NCBI RefSeq assembly: GCF_009914755.1
Contig: NC_060927.1
Length of the DNA: 64,000 bases
Strand: one strand, 5' to 3'
Source: the human T2T-CHM13v2.0 reference genome, Homo sapiens
This document shows, one piece after another, positions 46,215 through 60,068 of the stretch (positions are counted from its first letter, which is position 1; each line of letters opens with the position of its first letter). Both the position numbers and the translations under genes were made by a program. The notes beneath the pieces are model-generated. The model was not told where the DNA came from. It saw only the letters and a list, made by a program, of their open reading frames with translations, and searched no databases.

Positions 46215-46670
46215 TACACAATGGGATGCTATTCAGCCATAAAAAAAGAGAAAAATCATGCCGCTGCTAATGAAATCACCTTTTGCAGCAACATGGACAA
46301 CATGAACATTTCATTGTCTTAAGTGAAATAAGCCAGGCACAGAAAGACTTATATTCTCACTTATATGTGGGAACTAAAAAAATTTGAACACATGAAGGGA
46401 GAGAGTGGAAAAATAGGTAACAGAGACCGGGAAGAATGGGTGAGGGATAAGAGAGAGGATGAGAAGAACTGGATTAAAGGGTGCAAACAAACATACAATA
46501 AAACAGAAGGAGTAAATTCAGTATTTCGTAGCAGAGTAGGATGACTATACCTAAAAAAATGTACTCTACTCAGGTGATGGACACCCAAAATATCCTGACT
46601 CGATTACCACACATTACCATACATGTAACAAAACTTCTCACCTACTCCATACATTTGCACAAAAACCAAA
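46215..46670 (+). mobile_element. L1MA-type 3' end
   Basis: ctattcagccataaaaaa...aagtgaaataagccaggcacagaaagac...catgtaacaaaa. Confidence 0.82.
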
Positions 46671-46726
46671 ACTTTAAAATGTAGAACCCTGAAAGCATCA
46701 GATAGTTTTAGGAGAAAGATACTTAC

Positions 46727-46781
46727 TTCACCAGAGGTCTGTGAAGCTCCATCTCCCTGATGATTTGGGGAAGAAGAATTG
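46727..46781 (-). CDS. UBP1: UBP1 exon 10
   Basis: ccccag|C AAT...GAA|gtaagt; 55 nt; NSSSPNHQGDGASQTSGE. Confidence 0.95.
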
Positions 46782-48565
46782 CTGGGGAGAAAGGAGAAAG
46801 AAGGAAATGATGATTTTTATAATACATATATGTTTTAATCAAGGCATTAAAAGCTGTTGCATTGTAACTATGCAAATTTCAAGTAAGGCAACAGTGGGAG
46901 ACAGCTATGAAAGTCTGCAACAAAATGCAAGCGTAACAGCTTAGGGTGTGGACATGATGACGAAATTAAGACACAGAAGACTGTGTCTTAATTTGTGCCT
47001 TCTTCATCTGTACTAGTAAGAAATTCAAGTTTTGTGAAACAAAAGGGCTTCCCCAATTATCTTCAGGGATGCCAAGGAAAATGAAGGATACACATTAATT
47101 TTTAAAAGTTAGGGGAAAAAATATGAAACATCAAATTAGATAAATAGTTGAAAATAATTGCAAAAAAAATGAGCTACAAGAAATAGTACAATGACCCTAA
47201 GCAAAAATATAAAATGATACTCCTTTAAGTAATACATATATCCAAGACTGATGAGGGTGAATTTCAAGAGAACAAAAGAAATTAACTTGTACCACTATCC
47301 TTGTGCTTCTAAGTAAAATGAAATGAAAAACAGCTCCACAGGGAATAGGGCTACCTTCTGGCTCTTGAGCACCGACTCCTTTCTTAGCCCCCGTGCCTCA
47401 ATTGCTTAGGTTTATTATCTTGATTATTTATATCCTTTCTACCCATAAGAACTTAAGCTCCTTCAGACGGGGGTCTGTCTGTTTGGGCACTAATGTATCA
47501 GAACACTTAGAACAGTGCTGGGAACACAATAAGTTCTCCAGTCTACTAGTGAGTACATAAACTTACAGCTCACCTTTAAAGCCATAAGCATTTTCTAAGA
47601 TTATTCAGACCGGACTGACTGACTAGGAAACTATTCTAAGCCCTCAGACATGGTAACCTACTGGTCCTCTGGTCACTCCTCTAAGTTTCTGAGTCCAAGG
47701 CTATTTTTCTACTCTTAAAGCATAATAGCCTACATGACAACAAGCTGCCTTCTCAGTTTATCCATCTCCTCAGGGGGAGAGCACATTTTTGCTTGCTTTC
47801 TCATCAGACCTTGTCAGCATGACCGGAGAACCTTTTTCTTTGTGATCTTAGCTTTCATAATTTTCCTCCCCAACAAGAAACTTCCTAAAAATAGGGAACT
47901 TCTGATGCTAACTACTCTGCATTAGTTCTGCAGCAAAGCCCTAGAATGGAAAGCCGCCATGGGGTACTGCTGTACCTTCAAGATGCCCCAAATGCAGTCT
48001 CTTGCTCCCACCCTGAGCTTACTCTAGACTCTTGCCAGTCAAGGCTGGATAACAGAATAAAGAGTCCACCATTTCCATTTCTAAAACCACAGCAAGTCTG
48101 TAGAAACCGAAAGGTCTTCCTTTAAAGATTTAATTAAAAAAATAGCATATCTATTGGGAGAGAAAAGAAATACTGCAGAAAATAACCCATTTGATATAAG
48201 CATTACAGACAAGTGAATGAACTTAGTAATAAACTCACTTTGTCCCTCTCTCTCTACCTATAGACACTGTTAATGTTGTCTTTAATCTTACAAAGAATAT
48301 ATCTTGGCTATGTCTTGAAAATGGCGCCTTGTCTACAATTACCATAGTTGTGACTATGTTAAGGCACAAGGGGCTCGGAGTAAAAAAGGCTGGTAGGTGA
48401 AGAAAAGACAATGATTGTCCTCTGCCACCAAGATACAGGATACTTCCCCTTACTGTTTCCTTTAGGTACAATACAAACAAAAGGCTGCTGTACATGGAGA
48501 GATGGGGAAATGAAGGCACATGAGCATTAGTTAGCTGCAGGCACACGATCACACAAACTAGATAC

Positions 48566-48669
48566 CTGTCTGGGACACTGCAAGTGCTCTGCTGTGGGGA
48601 GGTGAAAGTGGGCGCTGGGGAAGGGCTGTTATTCACATAGGCTGTGGGGGCATCGGGCCACGGAGAACA
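48566..48669 (-). CDS. UBP1: UBP1 exon 9 (Ser/Pro-rich)
   Basis: ccttag|TGT...GAC AG|gtatct; 104 nt; [34 protein letters not shown]. Confidence 0.96.
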
Positions 48670-49244
48670 CTAAGGACAGAAACAGAAATAAATTAGTGAT
48701 ATGCTTTTAAAATATGTGGAAGAAATATTTTTGTAATTCACTCACTAACCAAATGCAAGATTATAAAATGCGAGACAGCTGACATTTATCAAGCAACCTC
48801 ACAGACACATGTCAAATTTACTTCTGTGTGGCAAAGAAAAGTTTTACCTGCTGTGTGCGTCTAGACACTGATTAATCTTAGAGAAGACCTAAAGTGATGA
48901 CAGCAGCAAAAATTTATAAAGGCATTTAAAATATATGCTTAAGTATAATTGCTTTGAAGAGCTTTCTCCTCCCTCTTTACCAGTATCCTCTTTATCAGTT
49001 TCCCAACAGGCACCTATCAAGATTTAAGAATGGCGAAGACAAGAAAGGATTTATAAGCAACATCTGACATCACATGGTGACCTGAAACATGGCTCTGACC
49101 TAGCTAGTGCTCCTTTTGCCCTCTTCCCTAATGAGCAGCCTCACCAGTACCCATTTGCTTCTCTGATACCTCTAAAGGTTAATAATCCTCAAGACAGACC
49201 AGACAGGCCCAGCATCAAAATACATCAACTGTGTACAGTACTAC

Positions 49245-49301
49245 ATCTATCTCTATCTATCTATCTATCTGTCTGTCTGTCTGGTCTGTCTATCTAATCT
49301 A

Positions 49302-49367
<66 letters not shown>

Positions 49368-49380
49368 CTTCTTTCTTTCT
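49245..49380 (+). repeat. Compound tetranucleotide STR (TCTA/TCTG)n followed by (TTTC)n
   Basis: Directly visible. Confidence 0.92.
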
Positions 49381-49724
49381 TTTATATTTTCTGGAAGGGT
49401 TATGGTGAACTTTAATATTTTTCAGCTCCAGGCAAAATTCTGACCAGAAACAGAACAAAGACACGGAGATACACTATTACAATTAGGAGGTTGAAAAAGT
49501 CAGTCAAAAGCATGCTAAGCATGCCAGAGTAATCTCAAATACAAGTCTTCAGACTTGAGATACAGACATCACATGGTGTGATTTCACTTTACAGGTATTC
49601 TTTCTAAAAACCAATGGATCTGAGGACTCAGTTTCAAGGGTCCCCTTTCATAATCATCCTTCTCTCATTTTACACAAGAAAGGCATCACATCTAACTATA
49701 GCCCTGGGGTTTAAGACTGTCCCA

Positions 49725-50470
<746 letters not shown>

Positions 50471-51302
50471 TCAATTATTTGCTATCAAAATAATTCAGGA
50501 GGATGGACCTATTGTCAACTGACATATATTGAAATAATCTAGTAGATCACATAAAAATGTCCCTGGGATTTTTGACAGATGATTCAAAAGGACTTCCAGG
50601 ACCTGAATGACACTACCGAAAGAAAAAACAAAATTGCTCATATGTATAAAATTCTAGAAGTTATATTCTATCCTGTCTCATCATTCAAGATGCATTTCCA
50701 ATAATATTTCTATTTTTACATGTAATAAATATTCATCAAAATCTGTAGGATTTGTTGTTTTGATAAATTGGTACTAATAAGTTTTAAATATCTTGACTGA
50801 GTTAAGAGGCTATGGTCACAGCAAATTTTAAAAATTAAATTTCAATTTATGTAAATTTGTTGTAAGGCAATTTTTTTAGGGTGATCATTTAAAAATTTCA
50901 GTTTCATCATTTGAAGCCTCAGGAATAAAAAATAAAAATAAATAAGAAAAAAATTTTTAAAGATTTTCAGGCATAAAACTATGTCATATTAGGATAAAAT
51001 TTAAGGGGAGTGAAATACAAACATGAGACCAAGAAGGAAGAACAGAGTAAAATCTTGGATTTAATGAATTTTTTGAATGAACAATAGCAGTGGTCAAACT
51101 GCCATGGCATTTAGATTCCATAGGATGCACTTCAAGAGTAATGTCACAGTTTTATCTTAAATTGTAAACGCAAATCACCACCACGCCAGAACATTGCCTC
51201 CTTTGCAGCTATTTAAATTTATGATGAAAAAACTTTATGATGAAAACTTTCAGATGTCAATCTGGAAAGGTGCAAGTATATCCTTTTTCAAAATTCTTTT
51301 GA

Positions 51303-51535
51303 GGCCAGGTATGGTGGCTCATGCCTATAATCCCAGCACTTTTGGAGGCCAAGGTGGGAGGATCATTCTGAGGCCAGGAGTTGGGGATCAGCCTGAGGAA
51401 CACAGCGAGAACCTGTCTCAAGTGTCTTGGATCACTTGAGCCAAGGAGTTTGAGGTTGCAGTGAACTTTGATCACACTACTGCACTCCAGGCCCAGGTGA
51501 CTGGGCAAGACACTGTCTCTAAAAAAATTTAAAAA
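51303..51535 (+). mobile_element. Alu (J-type) with central deletion
   Basis: Left arm joined directly to ggatcacttgagcc... Confidence 0.85.
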
Positions 51536-51886
51536 TTATTTTGAGTAGGTAAGTGTCAAGACCACTGGTGTAATGGAGCTAAGAAACTGTGAAGCACACT
51601 GAGGGCAGAAATTAAGTCTCACCAATGGCTACAGGGGCTTAAAACGCTTGTCTGACATCCATCAAAAGCAATGGATACATGGAAAATAATCTCAACTACC
51701 CAATTATGTATCCCCTTAAAAAAGAAAAATGATTGCAGACTTATTACTTCTATTATCAGTCAGCTTTCAAAAAAGAAATCTAATTTAGCTGGAGAGCTTT
51801 GAATAAACTTATTGCATGGCATAGCAACTTTGCTATAAATTACATTTTACACAACAATGCCCATTCTTTTAAAATTAGGGCCTTTT

Positions 51887-52027
51887 AAGCCAGGTGTGAT
51901 GGCACACACACACCTGTGGTCCAACTACTCAGAAGTCTGAGGCAGGAGGACTGCTTGAGGAGATTGAGGTCAGCCTTGGCAATACAGTGAAAGCCCATCT
52001 CAAAAAAATAAATAAATAACTAAAAAA
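51887..52027 (+). mobile_element. Alu monomer (FAM/FRAM-like)
   Basis: gccaggtgtgatggcacac...catctcaaaaaaata. Confidence 0.8.
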
Positions 52028-54447
52028 CTAGACCCTTGTTTTTCTTTCCACCTTACAAAGTATCACCTCCTCAGTTTACACTGTTTGATGAACCCAAGAC
52101 CCTGTGAGCTGACTAGCAAATCTAATCATGGGTATCACACACTGTCACCTCACCTCTACTATCTGAAAGATTTTCCTGCTACAACATCCCCCTGCACATA
52201 TAAAACATAACACAGCATAACATACATGTATAAATAATGTAAACCATTTAATATTAAAAGTATCAAGTCTCTCTAAACTTTTTGTAATTATTGCCAGCCA
52301 TTTGAAGAAATGAAGCCATCAAAAAGCTTCAAGTTAGCATGGCAGAGTAATGTAGAAACACCAAGTTTACCAAAACTCCATAAATACCCATTTTGCTTTT
52401 AGATATTTAGATTCTTCTAACATTCGAAAAGCAAGCGATGGTGCAGTGCCTATGCTCCTGAATTCATAACGGCGCTAGCAATGCCTGGCCTGGGCTCATA
52501 GTTATGGTTTCGGTACACTGTGAACACAGTCCCTCCCCAGGTAAAGAATGATCACCCATTTTAGGCTGTAGAAATTGGCAGTCATCATTTGAGCCAATCA
52601 TATACAGCTCAGAGATGAAGACCAACAGACACACTAAGAGTTTTGTTGTACGGCATCTCCTGGTAACCAACAGTAGTGACTATTCAGTGTGGCACCATTT
52701 CATTCGGCATCTTTTCGACTCTAACAGTAAGTCTGGATATCCCTTTTTACTGAAAGCCAATTGTAACTAGCCAAAAACTCTATGAAATGTTGGCCTTCCT
52801 TTGTAGGAGTTTGAAGAAACATATGAAATTCTGCAAACTTTCCTTTTTAAGTGACAATCTGTACCCTGCATTTTTAAAAACAGGTTTTCAAGATGAGCTC
52901 TAACCACCCCTAAAAGCATCTGAACAAAATCAAATACAGCCAGGGCAGTAAGCAATACATGAGGAAGATGTGAAATCCCAGGCCAGTGAACTGCTGACGT
53001 TTTGCATACTTTAGACTTAAGAATCATTAAGAATTTACCAACAGTTTTCCCATCTTCAGATTACCTCTGGGCTATAATGAATTTCTTTTATTTAGGAATT
53101 ACCAGAACCTACTTCTTTATTAGTTAAATGGTTTATAACAGGAGAGGAAAAGTGAGTTGCCAGAATCCCCCCCAAAGAAGTTTACTAAGAACCATTGGTG
53201 GGTCTTCAGCTGAGAAATCAGAAGAGGATAAAAACAAAATTGCTGGGGCGGGTGTTTTAGGAAAGAATATACAGCTGTTTTAACAATCTTTGATTCGAAT
53301 TTATTTAAAAAAAAAAAAAAAGCCCAGTTAAAGAAAATGTAACGTGTGCTTCCAGTGGCACTAGGATGAGTACAATTTCAGTTTCATTGCATAGAGAAGC
53401 ATTAAAACATTTTTATTCGATACTATAATTGGAAATGAGTTTCTTGTGATAGTGCTTGTGACAGTAACATTCAAAGTCTACATTTAACCACAGTAATTGC
53501 GATATGTGTAAGAATGAAAAATCCTCTGGTACTTTAATAGTGCAAAGACTGCAACAGTGAATACAGCAGTCACGAATACATATGATGACAATTATTTTAA
53601 ATGATTCTTTAATGTTCTGTGTTTATATTTACTGAAGGTATGTAGCTGATCTAAGTTTGCAAAGCAGGATCATCGTTTGTGGACTAATAGATGAAGAGTC
53701 ATGTCATAAAATAAAGATTTGCTATACTTAACTGGACAAAGCACATATTCAACCAGATGCCCCCTGACTGCATATTGGGGGCGGCCCAGGTCTAGGTGTA
53801 GCAAGGTACACTACTTTGGCCTGAAGCATTAATTCACAATGCAACTGCCAAGAAGAAACATGAATCCCATCAGAGTTTTTTTTTTTCTACCAGTGCTGCC
53901 AAACAGGCTCTTAGAAGCATAGACAGACACACATTTTTATACTACATGCAGAAAAATGTAACAAAGAACTGCACGTGTTAATGTCAAGCTTGCTGCCATC
54001 ATCTAACTGTCCACAAAATTTTATCAAGTATACACATGAGAAAGCAAGACCCTTTTCAGTTACACAAAAATAATAGCTAATTTACTAAAGAAAGTATTTT
54101 CAATTAATTTCAGTGCTCTTGAAGGAGGTGTGTGTGTGAAGGAGAGAGGGAGGGAAGGAGGAAGGGAAGGAGTCAGGGAGGGAATACATATCTCTGAGTG
54201 TCTTTTTTTCCCTCCAAAACCACCCAATATGGTCAACATTGTTTTTTGCTTTGTTTTAAAGTGTTAGATTTAGGAAATTTTCCTCAGTGAGGAACAAACA
54301 GAAGCAGGAAGTCTAAACAAAAGCAAATTAAATCAAGACATGGACATCAAAAACAATTTTGGCTTTACTTTGCGGTGGAAGTTGGTCCTATATCTAACAC
54401 TGCACAAGGTTTCTTGCACAATGAAAAGAGAAGCAGAAGTCCCTTAC

Positions 54448-54555
54448 ACTGCCTCGCTTTGCCAGAGAATCACCGTAGTCTGCTGGCAAAGTCCGCTTGC
54501 TGGACTTTTTCTGCTCATGTTCAACTGCATCTTCAATTATAGGCTCAAGCCTCAT
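54448..54555 (-). CDS. UBP1: UBP1 exon 8, 108-nt cassette exon (LBP-1b-specific 36 aa)
   Basis: gtccag|ATG...AGT|gtaagg; phase 0-0; [36 protein letters not shown]. Confidence 0.93.
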
Positions 54556-54993
54556 CTGGACAAACACCAAAGATTGGGATCAATGTCTTTTCATTATACA
54601 AAGAAAGATCTAACACCCTGTTTCATGTCTCTTCAGTCCAATTAAACAAATGCATGACTAACAGGATTCAAAGTTAAAAAAAATGCAAAACCCCAGCAGT
54701 GACAAAAATTGGACTTTCTAGGCTCCAACTTAAGTCTCTTGCCAACTTCAAAGTTTTTAAGGTCTGTTTCTAAGACCTCATTGGGATTTCAGCATCTTCA
54801 TTTAAGATCCCACCCAGGAAACAGTCTATCAAAATCCCCAAATTTAAATATTTTCCCCAGAAATTTCACAGAGAATAACATGTCAAACTGCCACCCAATC
54901 TTCCCCAACCCTTTTGTAGCAGAACTCATCTTAGAAATAGACTAATATGCAACCTTTGCTTCTCTTCCAAAACCAAATGCTTTACTACATTAC

Positions 54994-55104
54994 CTCTGTG
55001 AGGATTGTGGTATCATAGGACGGCTGATACTTTTCTTTTTCATGAGCTGTTCTCTTCTCCATCTTCTCTCGGTCAGTTTTTTGTTTCCTGTCTGCACCTT
55101 TAGG
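54994..55104 (-). CDS. UBP1: UBP1 exon 7
   Basis: tttaag|CCT...GAG|gtaatg; 111 nt; [37 protein letters not shown]. Confidence 0.96.
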
Positions 55105-55206
55105 CTTAAAAACAAAGTATACTATTTCATCTATCAGGCTGCAGACACACAGCTTTACAGGCAAAACTGAGCCTTAATTACAGAAAACCCGGGTTCTCTG
55201 TCTTAC

Positions 55207-55359
55207 CTTAAAAACTTTGATTTGGCAGCTAGCTGAGTGTAGATGATCTGTGTATTCTCCATTTTCATTCTGCTTAAAGGTGTCAACCTGGATCCTAAAG
55301 GGCACTCCCTTTTCACCTCCGTGCTTCCGTGGAGTAAATTCTGTGCTGATGCAGTGTAC
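55207..55359 (-). CDS. UBP1: UBP1 exon 6 (CP2 DNA-binding domain)
   Basis: ttatag|GTA...AAG|gtaaga; 153 nt; [28 protein letters not shown]...SCQIKVFK. Confidence 0.96.
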
Positions 55360-56547
55360 CTATAAAACGATTCAGGCTGAAATGGATTCAAAGAACTTCC
55401 ACTGGTTATTTTTCTATTTTGTTCCCTCTTGAGTGACCTGACACCACTATAAATTCAAGATCCTTTAAAATAAACTCATCACACATATTAGCCAAATTAT
55501 CTATGAACCTAATTGTTTTTAAGATATGGCTTCCCTCTCACAAATCCAACTGAGCCTCTCCAGACTTTCTGAGCTCTTGCCCATCACAGTGCCTCTCCTC
55601 TAATGCAGGACTTGGGTCCAATCAGGGGTACAACACTACAGTAGCTTCCTATGTATACTGCCCACCTCCACCTTGGACTGTCTGCTCATCTCAGACCCAG
55701 GGTACTAAGCCCTGTTCAATCCACAGCAATCTTCACTTCATTGTTTAGAGCTTCTGTTGTTTGCCCTCTACTGCCATTACCCCTATTCTACCCAGCCAAC
55801 TATCTTACTGCTGTTCCTACAGATGCCAATTTGTGATACTTTGCCTGGGGAAATTTTACAGTCCAGAAAACCCACTACCCATCCTATTCTGTATCCATCT
55901 AAACTCTTTGGTCAACTCTTCAAAGTCCATTCAGGATCCAGAGGGCAATACTCATCTTCCACCACTCCTGCCCTGTCTCCTAATACCCACCCTGGATGAC
56001 AGCCTTAGGGTTTCACACAGAGTTAACAGCAAGACCTTGGTCATTTCTGACTGCTGCACATCCCCCTCTTCTAATGACTCACTATTAAAACTGATCTCTG
56101 CAATATGACAACACAACCTGATATGTAAAGCCAGGTCTTGTATCACTTTGATTTACTACATAACTAGTTGCCTTATAGACAAACACCAACAGTATGAGTT
56201 TACATCAATATTCAACGGATATAAACCATGCCCCCAGGGATTAACTGATGGAGAATAATATTGGTAGAATACCAAAATGCAAAATACAAATGATTTTTTA
56301 CAGTTCATGCAAAGCATAGCTTATGAAGGCTGGTCAGCAAGTAAGTGGTTTTCCTTTTCTATATATTACCTACCTGGTAGTTTAAATTCCACCACATACA
56401 AATTTGAACATTGTGGGTATTAGAATCACTATTTTTTTTAAACACAGAATAATGATATTATAGTTACTTTTTAAAACTCATCTCTTAGAGACATGATATT
56501 TATGGATGAAATGGTATGCCTGAAACTTGCTTTAAAGTACTCTAACA

Positions 56548-56863
<316 letters not shown>

Positions 56864-57338
56864 CTAAAAGGGGGCGGAAACTACTAAAAACTGCTAAAGC
56901 CAGGTGATGGTTACATGGACAATTAGTCATCATTATTATCCTATTTGTAGAGGTTTGAATTTTTCAGTATTAGAATGTTTTAAAAATAATGCTAGAAGGA
57001 ATTTTAAAACCTCAATCTTTTTTCAATCGTATCCTTTTAAATAGCAGCTTGTGTTCAAGAGAAATACATCTCATGAAAAATAGACATTTTCATTATTGGG
57101 ACTACTAGTGGTAAAAATAACATTTGAATAATGCTTTACATATCATAGAATGTCTTCATATATGTTAGTTTAAAATAGGGTGAACTTACTAGATTAAACC
57201 TAACTATGTATATAGAAAGACACTACAACATAGTTTATAAATAGACATTTAAAGGAAATGATACTGTATCAAAAATTCAATCCTACCATGACCTAAATAA
57301 CTAGGTTAGTAAGCTTCTAATAATGTAAAAATCCAAAC

Positions 57339-57445
57339 CTGAATGAAAGCAGAGGTGCGTTTTGCTGGGTCCCACAGAAATTCAACCGCATTTAACTGGC
57401 TTGGATTCGTCCTTGTGTCAATTATTCCCACAGACATTGGAATAT
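57339..57445 (-). CDS. UBP1: UBP1 exon 5
   Basis: acatag|AT ATT...CAG|gtttgg; 107 nt; [35 protein letters not shown]. Confidence 0.96.
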
Positions 57446-57665
57446 CTATGTTTTAAAAAGAAGTTACATAAAAACATCCACTTTAAATAACTTAAAAAAC
57501 TTACAACTTACTATATTATGTTCTAATGAAATAACTGTAACTGCTTTGAACTCTGTCTTTCAATGGTCTCCATGATCAACTTCTTCAACATTGAAACCCA
57601 CCCTAAACGAATATCATCGTTTCCCCTACCATGGTTTGTATTTCATTTTTTTAAGAATATGATAA

Positions 57666-57963
<298 letters not shown>

Positions 57964-58194
57964 GATAGATGGTTTACAATTAAATGGTTTCAAAATCATA
58001 AAATTCCAGGTTCACATTAGTTTAGCACCAAAAAGCTACTTGACGTTTTAACTATAAAACAACTCTCTCGGTTCTTTATAATACGAGGATGGGAAAAAAA
58101 TAAAAAGAAAATAATGTATATACATACATACATATATATGTATGTGTGTGCGTATGTATATATAGAAAACAACTCTCAAGACACAAGATCCTAG

Positions 58195-58353
58195 AGGGGC
58201 ATGGTGGCGCGCACCTGCAATCCTAGCTACTTGGGAGGCTAAGGCAGGAAAATCACTTGAAGACGGGAGGTAGAGGTTGCAGTGAGCCAAGACTGTGCCA
58301 CTGCACTTATCCTGGGCGAGAGAGCAAGGCTCTGTCTCAAAAAAAAAAAAAAA
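58195..58353 (+). mobile_element. Alu right monomer (5'-truncated)
   Basis: aagacacaa TSD-like flanks. Confidence 0.87.
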
Positions 58354-58477
58354 GACACAAAATCCACAAACACCAAAACTTTCCCCACACAAGTAATTCA
58401 TGATGCCAACACAACACATTACTGGCTATAGCTAAACAATACCCTCATCTCCATGGTCTTTTGATCACTGCCTGTAC

Positions 58478-58583
58478 CTAAATCAAGAAGTCTGTCTCCT
58501 GGGCGATTCCACTTCCATCCTTCAAGTTGCTGATGCTCTGTGTATTGTAGCCGTCTGTCATGGAATACAACCCTTATGATGCT
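58478..58583 (-). CDS. UBP1: UBP1 exon 4
   Basis: ccacag|AGC...TTA G|gtacag; 106 nt; [35 protein letters not shown]. Confidence 0.96.
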
Positions 58584-59020
58584 CTGTGGAATAAGTGCGG
58601 AAAATGAGTACTTTTAAACTGCTCCAGCTAAAATGCAGGACCATTTCTACTTCTTATGTGTTAACCTGTAGCAGTAGAACACATACAACTAGATTCTGTT
58701 TTAAACATTCTGTAAGTGAACTCTTTTGCCCTTGGATACCTGGATTACGGTACAATTATTTGGTGCAAAGAATTATAACTCAAAAACTAAAATTATAAAT
58801 AAAATGGTAACTTAGGTATTGATTTTATAAAATGATTTGTTATTGCAATTCAAAATTAAGGTTCTTCCCACTAAAATTAATGAGCAAGAATTACATTCCT
58901 ATAAAGAAAATACCAGATGCACACAGGAGTTATTAAAAATGAAAAGATGGAGACAGAGAAACCCAGAAACAATGGTAAAACTTTGTTAATTTAAAATAAC
59001 AGTTAACAATTGAGTCTTCT

Positions 59021-59320
<300 letters not shown>

Positions 59321-59907
59321 CTTTGAGTTTTGAAAAAAAAGAACTGGCATAAAACAAAAATCCGAAACACTGCCCGCTGCCTTGAAAAAGTGAACTTAGG
59401 CCAGGTGCGGTGGGGCTCATGCCTGTAATCCCAGCAGCCAATTAAAAGCAATTTTTTTCTTTGAGATAAAGAGTACCATGTGGGAGACATTTATAGGGCT
59501 CAGTGGCTGCTTTATTCCCATCTTCCTTACCTGCACCCACACCTGCAGGGCCTGTCCAAGCAATTACCCAGCACCCACTTCACACCATCACCTGACCAGA
59601 GCAAAGCTCTCATAGTGATGGTGCATAGGCTAGTGGTGGCCCCTAAGACACCAATGCCAGTGGTTCACATCTGCTAGCCAGCTCGTCTCCAGAAAAAAGT
59701 ACAGCACAGAAAATATCACAGTTCTAATTGTTCCATACTCAGTAAGAACCATACTAACTACACATATTCAGATGAAAACAGTATTAGAATACAGGTATTA
59801 GACTTCAGAGCTTTACTAAGCCCCATTCTAGAAGGTTGGACTAAAATACTAAAGAAGATAAAAGGAGGACCAAAGTTAGGAAATTACAAGATATATAAGA
59901 AAAATTC

Positions 59908-59968
59908 TAGCATTATATAGCTTTTAGAATTTGTCTAGCAGGTTTTCCAGTTTCTACCAGAAACCCCT
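59908..59968 (+). pseudogene. U7 snRNA retropseudogene (RNU7-type)
   Basis: TAGCATTATATAGCTTTTAGAATTTGTCTAGCAGGTTTTCCAGTTTCTACCAGAAACCCCT aligns end to end with U7; U7 Sm site AATTTGTCTAG at 59928-59938; A/purine-rich tail follows. Confidence 0.88.
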
Positions 59969-59971
59969 ACC

Positions 59972-60068
59972 CAAAAAAGAACGGAAAGGAAAAAAGAAAG
60001 GAATGAAAAGGAAGGGAGGAAGGGAAAGAAAAAGAAAGAGAGGGAGGAGGGCGGGAGAGAGGAAAGGA
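59972..60068 (+). repeat. Purine-rich (GA) low-complexity tract
   Basis: About 95 nt almost all A/G, directly after the U7 copy. Confidence 0.85.

Noticed and set aside
58115-58165. Palindromic-looking CATACATATATATGTATG tract
   Set aside because: Low-complexity (TA/CA/TG)n sequence that is self-complementary by composition
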